Of a DNA stretch of 64,000 nt, positions 1 to 11,744 are shown one piece after another. The first letter of the stretch is position 1. Each line of letters starts with the position of its first letter. Origin of the DNA: Mobula hypostoma (Eukaryota); assembly GCF_963921235.1 (NCBI RefSeq), contig NC_086097.1, forward strand, positions 103,170,001 through 103,234,000, in the 5' to 3' direction. Position numbers and translations under genes: made by a program. The notes beneath the pieces are model-generated. The model did not search any database and was not told the origin of the DNA. It saw nothing but the letters and a program-made list of their open reading frames with translations.

Positions 1-71
1 AAGTGCAGTGGAGATTCAGCAGACTGATGGTTGGAATAGCAGCTCTGAAATGAGGATAGAGCAAGCTAGGC

Positions 72-1013
72 TGTCACGTACCCCGTGACGGGTTAAACAA
101 CCAGCAGAAATGGGAAACACCGTGGAGTCCAGTATTGCTATTAACTAATACGCAATACAGTAATATAAATGCAGATAAATCAAACAGATTAGCAATGATT
201 ATATATAAGTAAGTATATCAGTAAATGTGGATATATATGAAAACCAAGCTTCTTCAAGTCTAGGGGTAAATAAATACAGTCTTATGATGAGTAAAGTTCA
301 GTTCGTGGTATTGAGTTGAGTAGTGATGCAGAGAGAGAGAGAGGGAGAGATTTGAGTCTTCAGGTGAGCTGACGCCGTCGACCTTCCCGTTGTCCTCCGA
401 AATCCTTTAGAAGTCGCCGACTGTGACCACAACAAAAGTTCTTCTGTGGTGGAGTTATCAACCCAGGCGAGGGTTGGACACACAAATAACACCCCACCGG
501 TCACACCTTCTCCACACTGCAATAGCCACTGATTGATCCGCCTGATCGATCCTCCAAAACCCACTTTTTCTGTAGGCACAACAAAGCTCATTCAGTGTCC
601 AAAACCATGTGTCTGAGGTCTATCATCTGACCTTCCATTTATCTTCCCGTGCTGAATACCAGCTGTCACTCAAACAGCTCTTCCCCTCTCTGTCTGTAAG
701 AACTTTCAAGCAGGCAGTGACCTTGTAGAAATGTAAACATACTGTGAGCAGTCTTTCTTTCTCTCTCTCTCACTCTCTCTCTCACTCTCTCTCTCACTCT
801 CTCTCTCACTCTCTCTCTCACTCTCTCTCTCACTCTCTCACTCTCTCTCTCACTCCCTCTCTGTCACTCTCTCACTCTCTCTCTCTCACTCTTTCACTCT
901 CACTCTCACTCAAACAAGATGTTGGTGTTAAATACCTCTCTCTCTCTTTTCAAAAGCACAGTTCATAGGAGAATTGAGCACAATTCATAGGGGTCATTCA
1001 AGACCCCACCACA
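72..1013. mobile_element. Solo LTR (942 bp)
   Basis: Starts TGTCACG and ends CACCACA. AGGC direct repeat at 68-71 and 1014-1017 (4-bp TSD). No internal gag/pol. Interrupts a decayed CR1-like fragment. Confidence 0.8.
754..911. repeat. (CT)n/CTCA compound microsatellite inside the LTR
   Basis: Directly visible; explains the low-complexity ORF at 744-968. Confidence 0.95.
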
Positions 1014-1239
1014 AGGCTCAATGAAAGATCTCACTGAAATACCAATTTTTTTTGGGGAGGAAAAAATTGGGTCAGGAGAAAATATTTCTGTTGGCTGAGG
1101 TGTATGTAACTTGGGTAACAGGCTACTTTCCATTGAAGAGGGGAAGTTTCTTCATTCAGAGGGTAGTGAATATTTAAAATTCTGTGTTGCAGAGGACTAT
1201 GGAAGGTTAGTTGATGAATTAACCAATTGACTTCACACG

Positions 1240-4200
1240 ATCACAAGACAAAGGAGCAGAAGTAGGCCATTCAGCCCATCGAGTCTGCTCCGCAGCTCCT
1301 CCATGAGCTAAACTATTCACCCACCTAGTTCCAATTTCCGGCTTTTCCCCCATATCCCTTGATACCCTGATTAATTAGATACCTGTCAATCTCCTCCTTA
1401 AACACCCTCAATGATCGGGCCTCCACAGCTGTATGTGGCAACGAATTCCACAAATCCACGACCCTCTGGCTAAAAAAATTTCTCCTCATCTCTGTTTTAA
1501 CTGGGTACCCTCTAATTCTAAGACTATGGCCTCTTGTCCTGGACTCACCCACCAAGAGAAACAACCTTTCCACATCTACTCTGTCCAACCCTTTCAACAT
1601 TCAAAACGTTTCTATGAGATCCCCTCTCATTCTTCTATACTCTAATGAATACAATCCAAGAGTCGACAGACGCTCCTCATATGTTAGCCCCTGCATTCCA
1701 GGAATTATCCTTGTAAATCTTCTCTGAACTCTCTCCAACATCAGTATATCGTTTCTAAGATAGGGGGTTCAAAACTGCACACAGTATTCCAAATGAGGTC
1801 TCACTAATGCCCCATAGAGCCTCATTAACACCTCCTTACTCTTATACACTATTCCTCTTGAAATGAATGCCAACATAGCACTCGCTTTCCTTACCGCTAA
1901 TCTAACTTGGTGGTTAACCTTTAGGGTATCCTGCACCAAGTCCCTTTGCACTTCTGATTTTTGAATTTTCTCCCCATCTAAATAATAATCTGCCTGATTA
2001 TTTCTTCTTCTGAAATGTACAACCGTACATTTGTCAACGTTGTATCTCATCTGCCATTTCTTTGTCCACTCTCCTAAACTGACTAAGTCTCTCTGCAACC
2101 TTTCCGTTTCTTCAACATTTCTGGCTCCTCCACCTATCTTGGTGTCATCTGCAAACTTGGCCACAAAACCATTTAATCCATAATCCAAATCATTGATATA
2201 CATCGTAAAAAGAAGCGGCCCCAACACCGACCCCTGCGGAACAACACTAGTAACCGGCAACCAATCAGAATAGGATCCCTTTATTCCCACCCTTTGCTTT
2301 CTGCCTATCAGCCAATGCTCCACCCATTTCAATATCTTTCCTGTAATTCCATGGGCTCTCATCTTATTAAGCAGCCTCATATGCGGCACCTTATCGAAGG
2401 CCTTTTGAAAATCCAAATACACAACATCCACAGCTTCTCCCTTGTCAATCTTATTCGAGATTACCTCAAAAAATTCCAATAAGTTGGTAAGGCAGGATCT
2501 TCCCTTCATGAAACCATGCTGGCTTCGGCCTATCTTGTCATGCACCTGGAGGTATTTCATAACCTCGTCCTTGAGGATTGACTGCAATATCTTTACAACC
2601 ACCGATGTCAGACTAATAGGTCTGTAATTTTCTTTTTGCTGCCTCCTTCCTTTCTTAAATAGCGGAACTACATATGCGACCTTCCAGTCCTCCGGAACCA
2701 TGCCAGAGTCTATTGATTCCTGGAAGATCATTTCCAATGCTTCCACAATCTCCAAAACCACCTCCTTCAGAACCCTTGGGTGCACCTCATCCGGGCTGGG
2801 AGACTTATCTATTCTTAGTCCACTTAGCTTCCCAAGCACTTTCTCTCTAGTTATCTTGACTGCACCTAATTCTATTCCCTGATACCTCTGGCTATCAGGT
2901 ATATTTCTCATGTCTTCCACTGTGAAGACTGATGCAAAATATTCATTCAGTTCCTCTGCCATCTCTTTGTTATCCATTATAATTACTCCAGCATCATTTT
3001 CAATCGGTCCCATATCTACCCTTGTCACTCTTTTACTCTTGATATATTTTAAAAAACTCTTAGTATCCTTTTTTATGTTAATCGCCAACTTCCTTTCATA
3101 ATTCATCTTTCCTTTCCTAATGACTGTCTTAGTTTCTTTCTGTAAATTTTTAAAGGTCTTCCAGTCCTCATTTTTCCCACTAATTTTTGCTTCCTTGTAC
3201 GCCGTTTCTTTTGCTTTTATTTTTGCCTTAACCTCTCTCGTTAGCCACATTTGTGCCATTTTTCCAATCATGATTTTCTTTTTTCTTGGAATATATTTTT
3301 CCTGCATTTTCTTTATTTCTTGTAGGAATTTCATCCAATTCTGCTCTGCCGTCCCTCCATTTAGTTTACTTTTCCAATTGACTTGGGCCAGTTCCTCTCT
3401 CATACCACTGTAATTTCCCCTGTTCCACTGAAATATCGATACACCTGATACCAGCTTCTCCCTCTCAAATTTGAGACTGAACTCAATCATATTATGATCA
3501 CTACTTCCAAGAGGTTCCTTTACCTCCAGCTCCCTAATCGCCTCAGATTCGTTACACAACACCCAATCCAAAACAGCCGGTCTCCTGCATGGGCTTCTGG
3601 ACAAGTTGCTCCAAAAAGCCATCCTATAGGCATTCTACAAACGCCCTCTCCTGAGATCCATTACTTTCCCGACTTTGCCAATCCACTTTCATATTAAAAT
3701 CCCCCATAATTATCTTGACATTGTCCTTCTGACACGCTTTTTCTATTTCCAGCTTCAACTTGTAGTCCACATCCCGACTGCTGTTTGGAGGCCTGTATAT
3801 AGCTGCTATTAGTGTCTTTTTACCCTTGCCATTTCTTAATTCTACCCATAAGGATTCTACCTCTTCTAATCCTATGTCCCTTCTTTCTATTGATTTGATA
3901 TCGTTACTTACCATCAGGGCCATGCCACCCCCTTTATCTACCTTCCTATCCTTCCTGTACACTGTATCCTGGGATATTCAGCTCCCAATCACATCCATCA
4001 TTTAGCCATGACTCGGTGATGGCCACAATGTCATACCTTTTAACCTGCAGCTGTGCAGCAAGGTCATCCACTTTATTTCTATGCTGCGTGCATTTAAGTA
4101 CTGTACATTTAGATCGGTACCTGTTGCCACTTGTGCTATATTTCTATTTTGCAGCAAATTATCCTGTATATTCACCGGCCTGTCCTCCTTACCATCTTTG

Positions 4201-5321
4201 CTGCACAGTGTTTTTGACTTATTTCTATTTTCCTCTTCCTCGATCCTAACACCTTGGTTTCCTTCCCCTTGCCAACTTAGTTTAAACCCTCCCTAACAGC
4301 TATATTAAACAATCCCGCTAGGATATTAGTACCTTTTGAGTTCAGGTGTAATCCATCTTTTTTGTACAAGTCATACCTTCCCCAAAATAGATCCCAATGA
4401 TTCAAGAATTTGAAACCCTGCCCCCTGCACCAGTTACTTAGCCGCACATTCATCCGCTTAATTTTGCTATTCTTACCATCATTAGCATGCAGCTCAGGCA
4501 GCAATCCTGATATTATTACTCTGGAGGTCCGGCTTTTCAATTTTCTTCCTAGGTCCCAGTAATCTTTCTTCAGGACCTCCTCTCTTTTTCTGTCTATGTC
4601 ATTAGTACCAACATGTACCAAGACTTCCAGCTGCTTGCCCTCTCCTCTCAGAATACTCTGGACTCGATCTGAGACATCCCGTACCTTGGCACCAGGGAGG
4701 CAACACACCATCTGGGTATCCTTGTCCGTCCCCCTTACGATGGAGTCCCCTATAACTACTGCATTTCTTCTTGCTCTCTTGATTTTGGCACTGGGCAGAA
4801 TGCTAGAGTCTTGTTTACTGTGGTCCTCCTCTGTCAGGTCTGCCTCTTCAACAGAATCCAAAACGATATATCGATTTCTGAGGGGGACTGTCACAGGGGT
4901 GCTATCCACTACCTCTCTATAGGTAGTATCTATCACCTCCTCACTTTCCCTAATTAGCCGAAGGTCATCTATTTCCATCTCCAGCACCTTAACACGGTCC
5001 TTCAGAAGCCTCATCTCAGTGCACCTGGTGCAGATGTAATCCTTGGGGAGGCTGGGAGTCTCCCAGGGTCCCCACATCTGGCACTCCAAGCACAACACTA
5101 ATCCTAGATGCATACCTCTAATGCTACTGTTTGTACCAAATACCAAAAAACTGTAACTTACTCCGTTACTATGAGACTCAATGGTTGCAGGAAGCCTCTT
5201 CCCGTCTCCGCCGAAGCCCGTTGAGCCAAAGCCCTTTCACTCTGCACCCTCTCACTCCGCAGCCTGCTCCGACGCTGCCCGCTGGATATGGCGGTTTACT
5301 GCCCGCTGGATATGGCCGTTT
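1240..5321 (-). mobile_element. Near full-length CR1 LINE with ORF1 and disrupted ORF2
   Basis: ORF1 4277-5146 has a Cys motif (CLEC..CTRC) and SGNH esterase motifs (GDS, HVGTND, DGLHL). ORF2 pieces at 3624-3962, 1769-3622 and 1325-1600 show endonuclease (YRPP, MGDFN, SDH), RT (YLDFQKAFDKV, PQGSVLGP, FADD) and the CR1 C-terminus (FFSQRVV..WNSLP). Confidence 0.95.
4277..5146 (-). CDS. CR1 ORF1 protein (zinc finger/coiled coil plus SGNH esterase), open but probably with internal deletions
   Basis: ORF track 289 aa with motifs VVIGDSIVRG, LPGA, HVGTND, DGLHLN. Confidence 0.7.
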   Translation of the reverse strand: MVFGTNSSIRGMHLGLVLCLECQMWGPWETPSLPKDYICTRCTEMRLLKDRVKVLEMEIDDLRLIRESEEVIDTTYREVVDSTPVTVPLRNRYIVLDSVEEADLTEEDHSKQDSSILPSAKIKRARRNAVVIGDSIVRGTDKDTQMVCCLPGAKVRDVSDRVQSILRGEGKQLEVLVHVGTNDIDRKREEVLKKDYWDLGRKLKSRTSRVIISGLLPELHANDGKNSKIKRMNVRLSNWCRGQGFKFLNHWDLFWGRYDLYKKDGLHLNSKGTNILAGLFNIAVREGLN

Positions 5322-5704
5322 CTGGGTATTTGAGGAATTAAGGGAAAAAGGTAACGAAATAGTGTTTTTGGACACTAATCTTGTTGAATGGTGGAACAGA
5401 CTGATTGAATTTTGCATGGCTTTCCAAGTGTGTCATCATGATAAAACGTTTGTATGATGTTTGAAGATGAAACTTTGATGAGGTCCATATTATTTAAATT
5501 GACATTCTGCTGCAGTACAGTGCTTCCTTGTGGGCAGTGTCCTCTCTTTCAGAGGGAATGCCTAACCTCTGAGCTGGATTTCTCCCTAGTGTCCTAACCA
5601 ATCCTGGGTATAAAATCAGCATCATTAAAACAGATTACAGTGTTTGAGAGAAATTAATTTGCCTGAATTAGTTCTTTGGTTCATTTGTTTGGAAATGCAG
5701 CATA

Positions 5705-5930
5705 GAACAGGCCTTTCCAGTCCATTGAGCTGCACCGCCCAGCAACCACCCTAGCCGCAAGACAGTTTACAATGACCAATTAACCTACTAACCAGTACGT
5801 CTTTGGACTGTGGGAGGAAACTGGAGCACCTGGAGGAAATCCACATGGTCGTGGGGAGAACGTATAAACCTCTTATTATGACAGTGCTGGAACTGAACTC
5901 CAAACTCCAACACCCCAAGCTGTAATAGCT
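5705..5930 (-). mobile_element. V-domain SINE (HE1-like)
   Basis: Reverse complement of the V-domain core GTTCTCCCC..GGTGCTCCAGTTTCCTCCCACAGTCCAAAGAC. Related copies at about 40680-40860 (-), 46385-46810 (+) and 54385-54612 (-). Confidence 0.7.
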
Positions 5931-5934
5931 TCAT

Positions 5935-7028
5935 CGGAATTGGACGGCAGAGGGGAAGAAGCTGTTCCTGAATTGCTGAGTGTGTGCCTTCAGGCTTCTG
6001 TACCTCCTACCTGATGGTAACAGTGAGAAAAGGGCATGCACTAGGTGCTGGAGGTCTTTAATAATGGACGCTGCTTTTCTGAGATACTGCTCCCTGAAGA
6101 TGTTCTGGGTACTTTGTAGGCTATTACCCAAGATGGAGCTGACTAGACTTACAATCCTCTGCAGCTTATTTCAGTCCTGTGCAGTAGCACCCCCCGCTCC
6201 CCAATAACAGATAATGATGCAGCCTGTCAGAATGATCTCCACAGTACATCTATAGAAGTTCTTGTGTATTTGTTGACATACCAAATCTCTTCAAACTCCT
6301 AGTGAAGTATAGCCGCTGTCTTGCCTTCTTTATAACTGCATCGACATGTTGGGACCAGGTTAGGTCCTCAGAGATCTTGACACCCAGGAACTTGAAACTG
6401 CTCACTCTCTCCAATTCTGATCCCTCTGAGGATTGGAATGCGTTCCTTCGTCTTACCCTTACGGAAGTCCACAATCAGCTCTTTGGCCTTACTGACATTG
6501 AGTGCCAGGTTGTTGCTGCGACACCACTCCACTAGTTGGCATATCTCACTCCTGTACGCCCTCTCATCTCCATCTGAGATTCTACCAACAATGATTCTAT
6601 CATCAGCAAATTTACAGATGGTATTTGAGCTATGCCTAGCCACACAGTCATGGGTATAGAGAGAGTAGAGCAATGGGCTAAGCACACACTCCTGAGGTGC
6701 ACCAGTGTTGATCGTCAGCGAGGAGAAGATATTATTACCAATCTGCACAGGTTGTGGTCTTCCAGTTAGGAAGTCGAGGATCCAATTGCAGAGGGAGGTA
6801 CAGAGGCCCAGGTTCTGTAACTTCTCAATCAGGATTGTGAGAATGATGGTATCAAATGCTGAGCTATAGTCGATGAACAGCATCCTGATGTAGGTGTTTG
6901 TGTTGTCCGCGTGGTTGAAGGCCGTGTGAAGAGCCATTGAGATTACATCTGCCATTGACCTATTGTGGCGATAGGCAAATTGCAATGGGTTTAGGTCCTT
7001 GCTGAAGCAGGAGTTCAGTCTAGTCATG
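5935..7028 (-). mobile_element. Rex1/Babar-type LINE, 5'-truncated RT fragment
   Basis: [48 protein letters not shown]. Confidence 0.9.
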
Positions 7029-7144
7029 TCTAAAAAGGTGCAAATGAATACAGTCCTCTATTTTCATTAACTGTGATGCTGTATGTTTTGGAATTTAAGC
7101 TCGTTGAATGAAATTTTAAAATGTGAATGACAGTCCAATGGCCA

Positions 7145-10100
7145 AATCAGCAGCAGGAGCAGGCCACAGCGACGAGGTTTCTTGCAGGTCAGCGACGCTC
7201 GTTTAAGAGTGCAGCAGGGACAAGCGGGGTGGCCATTGTCGGGAGTAGGCCAGTGCTGAGAGTAGGAGTGTCAGGCTTTGGCTCAAAAGAGATGTTGGCA
7301 TGGGTAAGTTTCTATTAAGGTTTCCTTTTCTTTTTTTCTCTCTTACTGTACCTGGTATAGTAGATGGCCATTGTGTGTTCTTCATGCCAGATGTTGAACT
7401 CCTGGGAAATCTGCAGTCTTCCAGGGAACTACATCTGCATGGTGCATAGGTCTGTAGTGCAGAAAGGAAAGAGGGAGAAGAGGGGAGCGGTAGTGATAGG
7501 AGACTCAATAGTCGGGAACAGACAGGAAATTCTGTGGATATGAACAGGACACCCAGATGGTATGTTGCCTCCCAGGTACCAAGGTCAGACACGTCTTGGA
7601 TCGCATCCACAGCATTTTAGAGAAGGAGGGAGAGCAGCCAGATGTCTTAGTACATTTGGTACCAGTGACACATGAAGGTAAAATAAGGAGGTCCTGAAGA
7701 GAGAATTTAGAGAGCCAGGCAGAAAGCTGAGAAGCAGGAGCTCCAGGATTCTGGATTGCTGACTGTGAGGGTAGAAACAGGATGATTTAGCAGATGAGTG
7801 CCGGGCTGAGAAGCTGGTGCAAGGGGTAGGGCTTCAGATTCTTGGATCAGTGGGATCTCTTCTGGGGGAGATATGACCTCTACAAAAGGGATAGGTTGCA
7901 CCTGAACCAGATGGGGACCAATATTCTTGCTGGCAGGTTTGTTGGAGCTGTTGAGGGTTTAAAGTAATTTGGTAGTGGGGTGGGACCCGGAGTGAAGGGT
8001 TTCAGGATAGGAAGGGAGGTAAAAAAGCAAAGATAGCATGCAGTCAGACTGTCAAGTGGGCAGGCAGATGATAGGACAAAATTGCAACCAGCAGAGTGAG
8101 TATCAGTGCATTAGGGATGCAGAATCAAAAAGGGTAGCAAATACAATACTCAAAGTGTTATATCCCAATGCACGGACTACAAGAAGAAAGGTGGATGATC
8201 TTGCTGCACTGCTACAAATTGTCAGATATAATGTTGTGGTCAAGACTGAATTGTGGCTGAAGGATGGTTGTAGTTGGGAACTGACACCCAAGGTTACACG
8301 TTATATTGGAGGGATAGGAATGTAGGCAGAGGGGGTGGCGTGGCTCTGCTTGTAAAGAATGGCATCAAATCAGTAGGAAGATGTGACATAGGATCAGAAA
8401 ACGTTGAATCCTTGTGGATTGAGTTAAGAAACTGCAAGGTAAAAGGACCCTGATGGCAGTTATATACAGGCCTCCCAACAGTAGCTGGGATGTGGACCAC
8501 AGATTACAACAGAAAATAGAAAAGGCGTGTCAAAAGGGCAATGTTATGATAGTCATGAGAGATTTCAGCATGCAGGTCGATTGGGAAAATCAGGTTAGTA
8601 ATGGATCCCAAGAGAGTGACTTTGTTGAATGCTTCTGAGAGACAGTGATCACAATGTGATTGAGTTCAACTTGAAATTTGATAGGGAGAAAGTAAAGTCT
8701 GAGGTAACAGTATTTCAATGGAGTAAAGGAAATTACAGTGGTATAAGAGAAGAATTGGCCAAAGTAAATTAGAGGGAGATGCTGGCAGGGATGACAGCGG
8801 AGTAGCAATGGCATGAGTTTCTGGGGAAAATGAGGAAGGTGCATGAGATAGATGTGTTCTAAAACCAAAGAAATACTCAAATAGAAAAATAATATAATGG
8901 TGGCTGACAAAGGGAAGTCAAAGTTAATGTAAGAGCAAAAGAGGGAGCATACAACAAAGGAAAAAATAGTGGGAAGATAGTGGATTTGGAAGCTTTTAAA
9001 AATCTAAACTAAAAGAATCATTAGGAGGGAAAAAAAGAAATATGAAAGCAAGCTAGCAAACAATATCAAAGTGGATAGTAAAAGCTTTTTCAAGTATGTA
9101 GTAAAAAAAAAGGGAAGCGAGTGTGGGTATCAGACTGCTAGAAAATAAGGCCGGAGAAAAAATATTGGGGGACAAGGAGATGGCAAATGAACTAAATGAG
9201 AATTTTGCATCAGCCTTCACTATGGAATACACTAGCAGTATGCCAGATGTTGAAGGGTGTGAAGGAAGAGAAGTGAGTGCAGTTACTATTACGTGGGAGA
9301 AGGTATTCAAAAAGTTGAAAGACCTGAGGGTACCTAAGTCACTCGGACCAGATGAACTGCACTCTAGGGGTCTGAAAGAGGTAGCGGTAAAGATTGTGGT
9401 GGGATTAGTAATGATCTTTCAAAAATCTTTAGACTCTGGCATGGTGCCAGAGGACTGGAAAATTGCAAATGTCACTCCACTCTTTAAGAAAGGAGGAAGG
9501 CAGCAGTAAGGAAATTATAGACTAGTTAGCCTGACCTCAGTGGTTAGGAAGATGTTGGAGTCAATTGTTAAGGAGGAGGTTATGGAGTACTTGGTGACAT
9601 AGCACAAGATAGGATAAAGTCAGCATGCTTTCCTTAAGGGAAAATCTTGCCTGACAAACCTGTTGGAATTCTTTGAGGAGGTTGCAATTAGGATAGGTAA
9701 AGGGGATGCAGTGGATGCTATATATTTAGACTTTCAGAAGGCCTTTGATAAAGTGCCACACATAAGCATGCTTACCAAGTTAAGGGCCCATGGTATTACA
9801 GGAAATGTACAGACATGGTTAGAGCATAGGCTGATTGGTAGGAGGCAGCAAGTGGGAATAAAAGGATCCTTTTCTGGTTGACTGCCGGTAACTAGTGGTG
9901 TTCCACAGGGGTCAGTGTTGGAACCGCTTCTCTTTATACTGTATGTCAATGATTTAGATGATGGAATAGATGGCTTTGTTGCCAAGTTTGCAGATGACAT
10001 GAAGCTTGGTGAAGGAGCAGGTAGTGTTGAGGAAACAGGAAGGCTGCAGATGGACTTAGAGAGATTAAGAGCATGGGCAAGGAAGTGGCTAATGAAATGC

Positions 10101-10900
10101 ACTTTGGGAGTAGAAATAAATGTGCAGACTATTTTCTAAATGGGGAGAAAATCCAAAGATCTGAGATGCAAATGGACTTGGGAGTCCTTGTGCAGAACAC
10201 CCTAAAGGTTAACTTGTAGGTTGAGTCGGTGGTGAGGAAGGCAAATGCAATGTTAGCATTCATTTCAAGAGGTCTAGAATACAAGAGCAGAGATGTGATA
10301 TTGAGGTTTTATAAGGCATTGATGATGCCTCACCTTGAGTATTGTGAACAGTTTTGGGCTCCTCATCCAAGAAAAGATGTGCTGGCATTGGAGAGGGTCC
10401 AGAGGAAGTTCACAAGGGTGATCCTGGGAATGAAAGAGTTATCATACGAGGAATGTTTGATAGGTCTGGGTCTGTACTCATTGGAATTTAGAAGAATGGG
10501 GGTGGGGAGGGATCTCATTGAAACCTTTTGAATGATGAAAGGCCTAGACAAAGTAGATGTGGAAAGGATGTTTCCCATGGTGGGGGGAGTCCAGGACAAG
10601 AGGACACAGCTTCAGGATAGAGAGGAGTCCATTTAAAACAGAACTGCGGAGGAATTTCTTTATCCAGAGGGTGGTGAATTTGTGGAATTTGTTACCATAG
10701 GCAACTGCAGAGGCCAGGTTGTTGGGTGTATTTAAGGCAGAGATTGATAGATCTTGATTGGACACTGCTTCAAATGTTACGGGGAGAAGGCTGGGGAGTG
10801 GGGCTGAGGAGGGGAAGAAAGGATCAGCCTGATTGAATGTTGGAGCAGATTCGATGGGCCAAATGGCCTAATTCTGCTTCTATGTCTCATGGTCTTGTGG
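7145..10900 (+). mobile_element. Decayed near full-length CR1 LINE
   Basis: Esterase ORF1 remnants at about 7480-7960; ORF2 fragments YRPP, YLDFQKAFDKV, FADD, PHLEYC; CR1 3' UTR and tail ending near 10900. Many stops and deletions. Confidence 0.9.
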
Positions 10901-11744
10901 TAAGCAATGGGTGGCTCAGCAAATACAAAATAAAACAACCTTAGAATTTTATAGCATGATCCAAGGATAGTCCGCCCAGAACAATAATGTGTGTTGATGA
11001 AGTCCATTCCCCTGAACAGATCTTCACGGCTCCTGTTTTAACTGCCTCCCAGGTCCATAATCCAGACATTTCATTCTCTCTTTTATTTCTCATCTTTACT
11101 TCCTTGCTTGTTTACACTCTCTTACTGTTTCCTTTCTCCTTACAAATAACCTTTCTTTGTCTGATCCTTGTAAAGTCTTTGTACTTACTCCACAAGGCTT
11201 TTCTTGCCTTTAAAAGAAAATGGAAAAAGATTGAATTCTTTATTGAAAGAATAGTTTAATAAATTAGTGTTTCATGACAACCTGACCTGAATAACAAATT
11301 CAGTCCCCAGTGTACTAATTAAATAAATGAACTATATGATAAAAATGAAATTTGACATTGTTACCATAAATGGCCTGACAAATGGAAGCAGGTTATCTGT
11401 TGGTGCATTCACCCCTCACAAGTTGTGCCACTGTTTTCCAGAACAACAGTGACTCTTTGGCACAGCCTGCAGTTCTGGTGTATATCCCATGACATCCTTT
11501 TAGCATCTTGTCCTTTATTCTCGTGAATAATTGCAAAAGAAAGCTGCGATCAGAGTAAGAATAAAGTGGAATAATTAATTTCTGTGGATGATATTAGATT
11601 TTTCTTGCTCCAATTATTATCAAATAAAAATAATTCTTCTCGTCAATAAAAGGTTTTCTTTTGTTTTAACTGGAGATTTCCATGAACATAGTGAACATTA
11701 GTTGGAATTGGTTTGTTATTCTCACAGGTACCAGGAAACAGTAA

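Noticed and set aside
744..968. Ser/Leu/His-rich small protein
   Set aside because: Translation of a CT microsatellite.
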